64,000 nt of DNA from an uncultured Verrucomicrobiota bacterium (GCA_937872095.1 CALMNW010000034.1:20107-84106), one strand, 5' to 3'; shown: positions 40,185 through 49,055, counted from the first letter of the stretch. Notes: generated by a model not told the origin, from the sequence alone. Numbers and translations are program-made.

Positions 40185-40601
40185 ATGACGGACAAGAAAC
40201 AGATGAAATACGAAAAACCCGTCAGCATCGACATGGGGCGCGTGGCGCCCATCCTCGGCGATACGTGCAGCATCGGAGACGGCGCGGCGGATTGTCCCGC
40301 CGGTATGAACAACGCCATCGTGGCGGTTTGTTCGCCTGCAGGCACCGGTGCGGACAACGATTGCCGCACGGGGTCCGGCGCCGGCACCTTTTGCTGGCCG
40401 ACCGGTTCCAATGCCCAGGTGTATTGCCTGGCGGGATCGGGCTTCGGCAGCAGTCCCGAGCCTTCCGGACTTACGATCCAGAGCGACTCCATCGACGCCG
40501 CGCCGGCCGCGACAAGTCTTTTCAGTCCCGAGCCGGATACCGGCACCGTGGAACCGACCGACGACAAGCCCGATGCTGGCGGCGGGACGGCATTCCCGTA
40601 A
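40185..40601 (+). CDS. Candidate RiPP precursor peptide (YxxP leader, six C-x2/3-G-x-[GN] repeats, acidic Pro/Ser/Thr tail)
   Basis: Strong AGGAG SD; leader MTDKKQMKYEKPVSIDMG...; Cys at residues 28, 37, 49, 60, 70, 81. Confidence 0.7.
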   Translation: MTDKKQMKYEKPVSIDMGRVAPILGDTCSIGDGAADCPAGMNNAIVAVCSPAGTGADNDCRTGSGAGTFCWPTGSNAQVYCLAGSGFGSSPEPSGLTIQSDSIDAAPAATSLFSPEPDTGTVEPTDDKPDAGGGTAFP

Positions 40602-40670
40602 TCCGGCCGGCAGCCGGTGCGGAGATGCGCGGGGGATTCCGCGACCTGCGGTCCGAAGGATGCCGGGCCT

Positions 40671-41306
40671 ATGTTGAATTCCGATATGTCAGCGGAGTCG
40701 TCCAGCCTATCCGGTACAAAACCCATTTGGTTGTCCCGTGTTTCCGCTCCTTGCCGCGGGGAGAGCATGTGGGGGACCTTGGAGGAAGGGGATTGCCTTT
40801 GGGTGATTCCCGTTTTGTTCGATGCCCTGCAACCCGGCGACGTCGTGGCGTTCGAATTCGGGGGTAAAGTCGTCGCCCACCGGATCGTAGGCCGGGAAGG
40901 CAATGGGTTCGCGACGCAGGGAGATGGCAATGACAATCGGGATTCCACGCCGCTGACCGCCGAGCGACTGATCGGCAAAGTGGTGGCACGGGAACGCAAG
41001 GGCGTTCGCAAAGCCGTGATCGGTGGGAATCGCGGCCGGCAGCGGGCGCGGATCTTGCGGTCCATCTGCTGGATTCGCCACTCCTCCGCGTTCTGGACGG
41101 TGCGCTTGCTTCGCACGCTGCCCGTCCGCCACGTTGTTTCCTGGTTATGGCGGCCGGTCATCCTTTCCGTTGGCTTTATGTCGCCGCAGGGGGGAATCAC
41201 CAAGTTCATCCATCAGGGACGGACCGTGGCCATCTGGAATCCGCAATCGCGGCGCTGGAACTGCCGAATGCCCTACGATTTGATTATATCCCCGCCGGTC
41301 CAATGA
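40671..41306 (+). CDS. S24/S26 signal-peptidase-like serine peptidase
   Basis: GESMWGTLEEGD, PGDVVAF, VAHRIV, TQGDGN...D, LIGKV; start uncertain (40617-40686). Confidence 0.75.
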   Translation: MLNSDMSAESSSLSGTKPIWLSRVSAPCRGESMWGTLEEGDCLWVIPVLFDALQPGDVVAFEFGGKVVAHRIVGREGNGFATQGDGNDNRDSTPLTAERLIGKVVARERKGVRKAVIGGNRGRQRARILRSICWIRHSSAFWTVRLLRTLPVRHVVSWLWRPVILSVGFMSPQGGITKFIHQGRTVAIWNPQSRRWNCRMPYDLIISPPVQ

Positions 41307-42544
41307 ATAGCGAACGCGCCACGGATTCCGGTTGCGAGATGGATTTGCTGTGCGATTGCATCGCGCCGAATCGATCCGCGTCGCTCAAGGGGGACCTGCT
41401 CCGCACGCGGTCGGTGGATTGGCCGCGGTTTTTCGCGCTGGCCACCAACCACCACGTGATCCCGTTGGTCTACCAAGCCTTGAAATCCATGGCGGACGGC
41501 GGAGCGGCCATTCCTCCCGAATGGCTGGCCCAGTTTCGAACGCGATATCTGTCCATTGCCGCGTACAACGTCCGGGCCATGGCCCTGCTGCACCGGCTCC
41601 AGCAACTCATGGAAGCGCAGGGCATCCGGCTCGTTCCCGTCAAAGGTCCTGCTTTGGCGATGTTGGCTTTTGGAGACGTCGCATCGCGGCAGTTCGAGGA
41701 TTTGGATCTCATCGTGCGTCGGGAAGACATGTTGCGCGCCGTTGCGGCACTGGAGCGGGACGGCTACGCGTTGCGAGAGCTCTCGATCACGGCCGACCGA
41801 AAACGCTATCTGGCCACGCTGCAGAACTGGTCGTTGGAAAAACCGGGAAAACCACCGCTGGATCTCAAGCCGGTTCTGATTTCCCATGCGCTGATCGGTC
41901 CGGAATCGGCGGACTACATGGCTTCCGCTTGCCGCCGGCTGCCGATCGACGACAAGCGCGTTCTTTGGGCGCCCGGTCCCGAAGCCATGTTGCTGGCGAC
42001 GTGCATGGATGGGGCGAACGAAATGTGGTTCAAGCTGTCGGCGGTGGCCGACGTGGCCGCATTGTTGGCGGCGCATGCGGATCGGGATTGGCACGGATTT
42101 CTCGCCGAAGCGGCGCGCTGGGGACAACGGAGAAGCCTGCTGGTCGGCGCTGGCGTGGCGGAAGAACTGCTCGGGTGCGACTTGCCCTCGGCGTTCCGGG
42201 AAGGGGATCGTCGCGATCCGGCGGCGCGGCGTCTGGCGCGGCAAGCGGCGGAACGCCTGCGGGCGCTGGCTCCCCGCCATGCGATCGTCGGCCGGCAAAC
42301 CTGGTTCGCGCTCCAAACCCGGGAACGGGCGCGCGACCGCTTGCGTTTTGGACAGCGCCTGCTGTTTGTTCCAGGCGCGTTTGAACTCGCGGCCTTGCCG
42401 TTGCCGGGCGTGCTCTATCCCGTGCATTCGCTGTTGCGTCCCTTCCGCTTGGCCTGGGACGTGCTTGTGCGGAAAGGCCGGCAGCGCCGGTTGACGATTC
42501 AGCCGACAGGTGGGAAATTGATGGGTAACGCGAAAGACGCATGA
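41303..42544 (+). CDS. Nucleotidyltransferase family protein (NTP_transf_5-like)
   Basis: VDW..F..LATNHHVIPLVY; VKGPALA...RQFEDLDLIV; ATGA overlap. Confidence 0.75.
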   Translation: MNSERATDSGCEMDLLCDCIAPNRSASLKGDLLRTRSVDWPRFFALATNHHVIPLVYQALKSMADGGAAIPPEWLAQFRTRYLSIAAYNVRAMALLHRLQQLMEAQGIRLVPVKGPALAMLAFGDVASRQFEDLDLIVRREDMLRAVAALERDGYALRELSITADRKRYLATLQNWSLEKPGKPPLDLKPVLISHALIGPESADYMASACRRLPIDDKRVLWAPGPEAMLLATCMDGANEMWFKLSAVADVAALLAAHADRDWHGFLAEAARWGQRRSLLVGAGVAEELLGCDLPSAFREGDRRDPAARRLARQAAERLRALAPRHAIVGRQTWFALQTRERARDRLRFGQRLLFVPGAFELAALPLPGVLYPVHSLLRPFRLAWDVLVRKGRQRRLTIQPTGGKLMGNAKDA

Positions 42545-44331
42545 AACCCGAGAACAAGCGATTGTTGCATCTGTGCCAGGCCGTCGGATTGGTCTGGGAG
42601 AGCGCGCGGGGCTGGACGTTGCTCCAAGGCGCGGCGGTCATGGCGCAAGGCTTGTTGCCCATCGCCACGCTCTATTTGACGCGGCGCGTGGTCGATGCCG
42701 TCGGCCAGTTTCTGGCGCAACCTGCGGGCCAGAAAGATCCCTTGCCGCTTTTTACGCTGTTGCCCTGGGTGGCGGGCGTGGCGGTGGCGGGCTGGATTTT
42801 CCGCGCGTGGTCGAACGTGGTGGCCGAGGCGCAGGCCGATGCGGTTTCGGACCACGTGCAGGGCGCGCTGCAGAAAAAATCCACCGAGATCGATATCGCC
42901 TATTACGAGACGTCGACCTACCACAACCAGATGCGCATGGCGCAATCGGAGGCCATGTCGCGGCCCGTGAGTATCGTTCGGAACCTGGCGCAATTGGGAA
43001 GCGGCGCGCTGGTGTTGGGATCGGTAACCGGCGTGTTGTGGCTGTCGCAGGGGTTTTTGCTGCCCGTATTGCTGGCGGCGGCGTTGCCTGGCGCCTTGGC
43101 GCGGGTCCGGAATTCCCGCCAATGGCATGGCTGGCGGGTTCGGCACAGCGAACCGGAGCGACAAGCCGGCTATTTGCACCTGTTGCTGACGTCGTTTCCG
43201 TTCGCGAAAGAAATCCGTCTGCTGGGAACCGGCGGTGAATTGCGCCGGCGGTTCGCGGCCTTGCGCGGCAGTCTTCGCCGGAGCCGATTGGGATTCGTGC
43301 GGCGGCGCGCCGGCACGGAGATCGTGGCCGACGTCGTTTCCGCCTGCGTCGTTCTCGTCGGCCTGGGGCTCATTTATCTGCGGATGGCGGGCAACCGGAT
43401 GACGCTGGGGGACTTGGCCTTGCTCTACGGTGGATTTCAAAAGGGCAAGACGGCCTTCTCGTCGGTCTTGGGCAGTTTGGCCGCGCTCTATGAAGATTCG
43501 CTGTTCATTTCCCATTTCTACGACTTTCTGGGGCTGCCGCAGCGGGTCCATTCGCCGGCCGTGCCCCGGCCGCTTCCGCAACGGATCGAGCAGGGAATTC
43601 GGTTGGAGCACGTCACCTTCCGGTATCCGGGCTGCGCGACGGATGCGCTGAAAGACGTCACGGCGGAAATCCGGGTGGGGGAACATGTGGCGCTGGTCGG
43701 AGAAAACGGATCCGGCAAGACGACGCTCGTGAAATTGCTGTGCCGCCTGTACGACCCCACCGAAGGCCGGGTTCTGCTGGATGGCATCGACATCCGCGAA
43801 TATGCGCTGGAGGATCTGCGCGGCCTGTTCAGCGTCCTGTTCCAGGATTTCGTCCGATATCAGATGACGGCCGAGGAAAACGTCCGCATGGGCCATCTGG
43901 CGGTCCCGCCGGGCGATCCGAGGATTGCCGAAGCCGTTCGCCGGGCCGGAGCCGTTCCCGTGATCGAGCGCTTGCCCCAGGGAAGCCAGACGCCGTTGGG
44001 GAGGCTTTTCAAGGACGGGATGGAACTGAGCGAAGGGCAGTGGCAACGGATGGCGTTGGCCCGGGCTTTCTTGCGGCCGGGACCCATTCTGATGCTGGAC
44101 GAGCCAACCAGTTCCCTGGATGCCAAGGCGGAGCGGGATCTGCTGGAGTCGGTCGCCGCCGGGTTCCAGGGGAAAACCGTCGTGGTGGTCAGCCATCGGC
44201 TTTCGACCGTCCGGATGGCCGATCGCATCTGGGTGTTGTCCGACGGGCGCTTGGTGGAGTCGGGCGGCCACGATGCGTTGGTGCGGGCCGGGGGCGACTA
44301 TGCCCGACTGTTCGCTTTGCGCGCAACATGA
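42541..44331 (+). CDS. ABC exporter (fused TMD + ATPase, no C39 domain)
   Basis: GENGSGKTT Walker A, LSEGQWQR signature, LMLDEPTS Walker B, SHRLST. Confidence 0.92.
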   Translation: MKPENKRLLHLCQAVGLVWESARGWTLLQGAAVMAQGLLPIATLYLTRRVVDAVGQFLAQPAGQKDPLPLFTLLPWVAGVAVAGWIFRAWSNVVAEAQADAVSDHVQGALQKKSTEIDIAYYETSTYHNQMRMAQSEAMSRPVSIVRNLAQLGSGALVLGSVTGVLWLSQGFLLPVLLAAALPGALARVRNSRQWHGWRVRHSEPERQAGYLHLLLTSFPFAKEIRLLGTGGELRRRFAALRGSLRRSRLGFVRRRAGTEIVADVVSACVVLVGLGLIYLRMAGNRMTLGDLALLYGGFQKGKTAFSSVLGSLAALYEDSLFISHFYDFLGLPQRVHSPAVPRPLPQRIEQGIRLEHVTFRYPGCATDALKDVTAEIRVGEHVALVGENGSGKTTLVKLLCRLYDPTEGRVLLDGIDIREYALEDLRGLFSVLFQDFVRYQMTAEENVRMGHLAVPPGDPRIAEAVRRAGAVPVIERLPQGSQTPLGRLFKDGMELSEGQWQRMALARAFLRPGPILMLDEPTSSLDAKAERDLLESVAAGFQGKTVVVVSHRLSTVRMADRIWVLSDGRLVESGGHDALVRAGGDYARLFALRAT

Positions 44332-44381
44332 AGAGGTCCATTTGATTATGGCCTCCAAACGCCATTTTAATGTGCCGCGGA

Positions 44382-44410
44382 TTGACAGGCAACGGGGAAG
44401 GGTATCAAAT
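44382..44410 (+). promoter_or_regulatory. Possible sigma70 promoter TTGACA-17-TCAAAT
   Basis: Perfect -35 box, 17-nt spacer, weak -10; ATG 44417 lies just downstream. Confidence 0.3.
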
Positions 44411-44416
44411 GCCGTA

Positions 44417-45748
44417 ATGCGCCCGGTTATACAAAAAGTGCGTAGAGCGGGGATTTATGCCCTTCTATGCTTTGCGGTTCCCGCTTTTGGGGGGCCGGGC
44501 AACGGCATCAACGTTGCCTCGTGGGTGCTGAGTCCCTATCTGGAGTTGAATCTGACCCATGATTCGAACGTCTACAAGGACGGCACGAACGTGATTTCCG
44601 ACGCCTTTTTCGAGCCGGAACTGGGGGTGAGGTTCAGTTCTTCGGCAGAAACCAACACCTTCCTGATCAAGGGCAATCTGTACGTGTCGGATCGGACCTA
44701 CGACACGGAAAGCAACCGCGATTTCATGACGTATGGGGATCACCTGACCTTGCAATTGGGGAACGGGCGCAAATCCCTGTTCGAATTGATCCAGAGCTAT
44801 CGCTTTTTGGACGACAACGACCGGCATGCGTCGGACGTCGAAACGTCCCGCCTTTCCGGCGAAATGGTGGAAGACAGCAACGCGCTGGATCTGGAGCGCG
44901 AACTGCACCAGTTGGGGGCTTCGCTTTCGCGCCGCATGTCGGACAAATTGCATCTGGCGCTGTCCTATCGTTATTCCGGCGTCCATTACCCGAACAAGAC
45001 CCACGAGCGTTTGGCCCGCAAGCAGGAAGAATACGTGCCGGAAGGATTGGATCTGGACGGGCACATCTGGCAATTGGAAGGCGCGCTGGGATTGACGGAT
45101 AAAACCGACGTCATGCTGACGCTGCGCCAGGGCTTGCAGTACCAGGAAAAAACGGATGAGCCCGCCGAACTGACGACGCTACGGCTGGGGTTGCAGACGC
45201 AAGGCGCCCAAAAACTGGTGTACCACGTCGGGGTCGGCTTGGAATACTATGCGCGCCCGTCCCAGACGCAGTTCGACGAGGCGGACGTCGACGAAAGCGA
45301 CGTCCAGGTCGATGAAGAGGGCGTCCGCAGCGACAACGACCAGATTACGTTCAACTACAATGCGGCGGCGGACTGGTTCATCACGGAAAAATTGACCTTC
45401 CGCATCGGCGGCTACAACGGCACGGAATTCTCCTCGTTCTACGAGCAAAACGGCATGGAATTCATCAGCGCTTGGGCCGGGGTGGGATACCGCTGGAAGC
45501 CCAGCTGGATCTTTTCCCTGCGCGGGATTTATCGCTACGACGACTATCTGGACCCGGTCACGCACGAAGGCATTACCTTGGATCGCAAGGACACGCGCGT
45601 CGAAGGCCATGGGCGCATCGACTACATCGCGTCGGGCAATTTCCTCCGGATCTATTTGGAGGCGGTCTACGACGAAGTGGATTCCAATTTCGACTTCGTG
45701 GATTATGTCGATGAGCGCCTCATCCTCGGCGCCCTCATCCAGTACTAG
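44417..45748 (+). CDS. Outer-membrane beta-barrel protein (EPS-locus associated, BBP2/DUF2320-like)
   Basis: Signal peptide; LSPYLELNLTHDSNVY start; alternating aromatic beta strands; C-terminal Tyr. Confidence 0.65.
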   Translation: MRPVIQKVRRAGIYALLCFAVPAFGGPGNGINVASWVLSPYLELNLTHDSNVYKDGTNVISDAFFEPELGVRFSSSAETNTFLIKGNLYVSDRTYDTESNRDFMTYGDHLTLQLGNGRKSLFELIQSYRFLDDNDRHASDVETSRLSGEMVEDSNALDLERELHQLGASLSRRMSDKLHLALSYRYSGVHYPNKTHERLARKQEEYVPEGLDLDGHIWQLEGALGLTDKTDVMLTLRQGLQYQEKTDEPAELTTLRLGLQTQGAQKLVYHVGVGLEYYARPSQTQFDEADVDESDVQVDEEGVRSDNDQITFNYNAAADWFITEKLTFRIGGYNGTEFSSFYEQNGMEFISAWAGVGYRWKPSWIFSLRGIYRYDDYLDPVTHEGITLDRKDTRVEGHGRIDYIASGNFLRIYLEAVYDEVDSNFDFVDYVDERLILGALIQY

Positions 45749-45759
45749 GAGGCGAAAAC

Positions 45760-46320
45760 ATGAATGCAAATTGGATCAAATGGACGGCGCTGGCGGTTTG
45801 CCTGTCCGGCCTGAACGCACAGGCGGCATTCGATCGGCCGACGCGGGCGGAACTCAAGGCCGCGGCGGAGGATCTTTCGAAGGTGGTCGAATTGCTGCAG
45901 GATGCCTCGATCGACCAGGCGGCGGAAACCGCCAAGGACGTGGTGATCGAAATCGTCAAACTGGATCTGGACCGCGTCGAGCGCGACAGTCGGTCTTCGT
46001 CTCTGGTCGGATACCTGTTCATGACCGTGCAGCGAGACGACTGGAAAGCGTTGGCGATCTCGTTCGGCCGCATGGTGGCGGCCAGTCCGACGGCCAGCAT
46101 GGATCCCTCGTTGCTGTCGGCGCTTCAGCGCGCGATCATCGAGGTGTGCGGGGTGGAGGTCGCGAGCGAATTCGGGAATGCCTACAATCTAGCCATGTTG
46201 ACGATCGCCGGAGCGCCCGGCGGCGGCAAGAACGTGCCGCCCCAGCCGCCGCCGCCGCCCGTGGCGTTGCCGTTGCGTCCGCCCGTGGCGACGCTCTACG
46301 AAGGGCAGCAACTGCCGTAG
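45760..46320 (+). CDS. Secreted helical hypothetical protein with Pro-rich C-terminus
   Basis: AGGAGG SD; signal peptide (AQA); PPQPPPPPV tail. Confidence 0.6.
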   Translation: MNANWIKWTALAVCLSGLNAQAAFDRPTRAELKAAAEDLSKVVELLQDASIDQAAETAKDVVIEIVKLDLDRVERDSRSSSLVGYLFMTVQRDDWKALAISFGRMVAASPTASMDPSLLSALQRAIIEVCGVEVASEFGNAYNLAMLTIAGAPGGGKNVPPQPPPPPVALPLRPPVATLYEGQQLP

Positions 46321-46348
46321 CCGACGCAAGACCTTTCGCGGAACACTG

Positions 46349-46385
46349 AGCCCTTCGATCCAAACGGGACCGAAGGGCTTTTCGT
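46349..46385 (+). terminator. Intrinsic terminator
   Basis: AGCCCTTCG...CGAAGGGCT hairpin followed by TTTCGTT. Confidence 0.7.
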
Positions 46386-46447
46386 TGGAGCCCTCGGCCG
46401 GGCCGGAGGGCAGGTATGGGGGCGTCCCTGGTCGCAGGGAGGAAAAG

Positions 46448-46492
46448 TGGTGGCGGGAACCGGGGTCGAACCGGTGACCTAAGGCTTATGAG
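46448..46492 (-). tRNA. 3' half only of a tRNA with CAT anticodon (Met/Ile2); att site of an integrated element
   Basis: Minus strand reads CTCATAAGCCTTAGGTCACCGGTTCGACCCCGGTTCCCGCCACCA (anticodon loop, T arm, CCA); 5' half replaced by AT-rich sequence. Confidence 0.85.
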
Positions 46493-46554
46493 AAATCATT
46501 CCGAATACATATATCTAATTGCATTATATGATATAATGACATAATACTTATTCA

Positions 46555-46575
46555 TACTTGACACCTACTTGACAC
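46555..46575 (+). repeat. Direct repeat TACTTGACAC x2 (probable integrase arm-type sites)
   Basis: 46555-46564 and 46566-46575, about 60 nt from the att core across an AT-rich tract. Confidence 0.55.
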
Positions 46576-46622
46576 TCCCAGCCCACTCTGTCAGAGTGCC
46601 ATAAGAAGCCAACGGGAGTCAG

Positions 46623-48065
46623 ATGATGGTCACAAAGCGCCGTATCACTAGCAAGATCAAACAGCTGCGGGCGGAGCGATACATGGGCTGGTCTATCCGC
46701 AAGATGAAGATACTGGATAGTGGCATCGTTTTTTGGCAGTCGGACAACAACCTTCGCCCACCGCATCGGGAGCGAATGAGCTGGGAAGACATTGGCCAAG
46801 CCAAGGCCCATATCCAAGCGATGTCCACAGCGGTTAAAAACGAAGGGCGGGGTGCCTATGCCCTGACGCATGCTCAGAAAATCGAAGCTAAAGCGGCCAT
46901 AGATAAGCTCGGGGACAAGGTGAAGTTCGCGGACCTCCTGGCTTTCTGGGAACAGCATCATTCAGATGGCAAGTCTATAACCTTGGCCGAGATGCTAAGG
47001 GGATGGTTGGCCGAGGCGCAAGAAGATGGGCTAAAGCCTACGAGCATACGGCAGAACAAGCAGCGGCTTAACGCATTCATTGGGGAGGTCGGCGAAGAAA
47101 CGCCCTGCGCACTAGTAACCGGCGAAGTGGTAGAAGGATTTCTCGGCCAGCGCCCGTGCGGTAAGCCTACAAAAATTAGCTGGCGGAAAACGCTACATGC
47201 TTTCTTTGAATACTGCATCGAAAAGCAGGCCGTGTCCAGCAACCCCATCATCAAGTCACGCCGGGGGCGCCGGAGGCGCAAGAGAATCGAAGCCGCCACA
47301 AAGATTCCCGAGTTCATGCCGGTCAAGACGGTTAACAATTTCATGGCGAAGGCTGAAGAGCTTCATCCTGAGAGCGTACCTGCATTGGCGATCATGTTTT
47401 TTGCCGGCCTCAGGCCCTTCGAGGTGTCAGCGCAGTATGGTCTAGAAACTTCCGAACTGACCAGTGCTAGAGACACAACGGCGGCGGCGAACAAACGGCT
47501 GAAGAATGCAAAACCCGGAAGTCAGGCTGAGCGCGCAGCCAGGATCGCAGTAGATGATGCACGGCAAAAACTCAAAGCGTTGATGGAATCTAGTAGAAAG
47601 AAGAGAGGAAAAGCTCCGGCGACAATGGGTGGACTGGACTGGACTAATGTCAACCTTGCAAAGAAGTTCATACGTGTCCTACCGGAGACATCAAAAACAG
47701 GTGCGGGGCGTCTGGTTGACATCAGCAATAACCTCCTCCTGTGGCTTACGAAGTACTACAGGGCTTGCGGACCAGTCGCTCCATCACCGGTAACACTTAT
47801 TCGTCATAGACGGGACATCATGAAGAAAGCTGGCATCAAGAAGTGGCTCCCAGATGTGGCGCGGCACTCCTATGCAACCTATCATTTCGCCATGTACGAA
47901 AACCAGGACAAGCTGCAAGCGCAGATGGGGCACTCCGGAAAGGCCTACATCTTGACTGAGCACTACAAAGGTTTGACGACGAAGGAAGAGGCCGAGGAGT
48001 ATTGGAACATCAACCCGGCAAATCCGTCGGGCGGGGTCATACAACTTGCCACGAAGGGGGCATAG
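46623..48065 (+). CDS. int: Tyrosine recombinase/integrase
   Basis: FAGLRPFE (Arg), ETSKTG (Lys), VARHSYATYH, QMGHS, EHYK (Tyr). Confidence 0.88.
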   Translation: MMVTKRRITSKIKQLRAERYMGWSIRKMKILDSGIVFWQSDNNLRPPHRERMSWEDIGQAKAHIQAMSTAVKNEGRGAYALTHAQKIEAKAAIDKLGDKVKFADLLAFWEQHHSDGKSITLAEMLRGWLAEAQEDGLKPTSIRQNKQRLNAFIGEVGEETPCALVTGEVVEGFLGQRPCGKPTKISWRKTLHAFFEYCIEKQAVSSNPIIKSRRGRRRRKRIEAATKIPEFMPVKTVNNFMAKAEELHPESVPALAIMFFAGLRPFEVSAQYGLETSELTSARDTTAAANKRLKNAKPGSQAERAARIAVDDARQKLKALMESSRKKRGKAPATMGGLDWTNVNLAKKFIRVLPETSKTGAGRLVDISNNLLLWLTKYYRACGPVAPSPVTLIRHRRDIMKKAGIKKWLPDVARHSYATYHFAMYENQDKLQAQMGHSGKAYILTEHYKGLTTKEEAEEYWNINPANPSGGVIQLATKGA

Positions 48066-48068
48066 GAC

Positions 48069-49001
48069 ATGCCCCCTCAAACGAGCAAACCGAAGCGGGC
48101 CGAGATTTTCATCGGCGGCACAGGGATGCTGCCCGTCATGCATTTCGCGCATGGAGCGCCAGTGTCTGTTGGTGCCGATAATGAGATTGGTATAACGATA
48201 GAAACTCCCACACACAGATACACACTGCACCGGATGCTTACGTATGAGGATCAGAGATTGTTTCCCATATGGACAGAAACAAGCTGTTTCGAGAAGTTTC
48301 AGGTCAGGGTGTTATGCGGGGCTGAATTTGACCCTGAATTGGGTCTATGTCATTGGGACACTCAATATCCACCCTCGACCGAAAACATGTGTGCAGTCAA
48401 ATGGGGGGATGATTCATGGCTAGCCCTGCCTGTAAACACAGAGGAATTGCCATTGGATGCACGCCTTGCGCATTTCAAGACGCTTGCCAATGAAAACTGC
48501 TGTGGCCCCCAGGTAGAGGCGATCCGTACGAGAACATATAGTCTGTATTTCGACAAACAAAAAGAAGCATGGAATGATTTTCGGGCGAGGTCTGGTTCTG
48601 AACACGAATCGCTGAAGGCCGAACTTGCATGCCTAGCACGCGATGCAAAGCTCATGGCGACACCTCCCGAAAGGCAGAAATGGTGGGAAAACCTTATTAG
48701 GGCATACAGGCGAACGAATACAAATACTGCGAAAACGCAAAGGTGGCAGGAAGTCGCACGAATCGTTCTAAAAGGCGTTCAAGTAAACATGGATAACCCG
48801 AAGGTAAAAAAGACGGACTACCTAAGCCCACCCATGTACAAGCATATCGTTCGTGATTTCCGAAAGGAAAAAAATCTCTTGAGCTCGAACAGTGGCGATC
48901 CATCAGAATACGAAAAACAACTGGCGAACAATTTGCGGATATATGCGAACCGAGAAGCCCGAAAACAGGGAATGACGGTAGAAGGTACCCTTAAAGAATA
49001 G
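48069..49001 (+). CDS. Hypothetical protein (low-GC island gene)
   Basis: 310-aa ORF directly after the integrase; no recognised motif. Confidence 0.55.
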   Translation: MPPQTSKPKRAEIFIGGTGMLPVMHFAHGAPVSVGADNEIGITIETPTHRYTLHRMLTYEDQRLFPIWTETSCFEKFQVRVLCGAEFDPELGLCHWDTQYPPSTENMCAVKWGDDSWLALPVNTEELPLDARLAHFKTLANENCCGPQVEAIRTRTYSLYFDKQKEAWNDFRARSGSEHESLKAELACLARDAKLMATPPERQKWWENLIRAYRRTNTNTAKTQRWQEVARIVLKGVQVNMDNPKVKKTDYLSPPMYKHIVRDFRKEKNLLSSNSGDPSEYEKQLANNLRIYANREARKQGMTVEGTLKE

Positions 49002-49028
49002 AAGACTGAACAAATTCCAGAACATTTA

Positions 49029-49055
49029 GGCGGCTTTTTACAAGCCGCCATTTTT
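49029..49055 (+). terminator. Intrinsic terminator
   Basis: GGCGGCTT/AAGCCGCC hairpin followed by ATTTTT. Confidence 0.55.

Noticed and set aside
40185-40601. Lasso peptide precursor
   Set aside because: The leader is lasso-like, but there is no lasso cyclase or B2 protease in the window, no Thr at -2, and the long Cys-repeat core fits rSAM substrates
46448-46520. Complete functional tRNA-Met
   Set aside because: The 5' side of the anticodon stem, D arm and acceptor stem are absent; only the 3' half exists
46558-46574. TTGACA copies as integrase -35 boxes
   Set aside because: No plausible -10 at 16-18 nt; the tandem arrangement near att fits arm-type sites better
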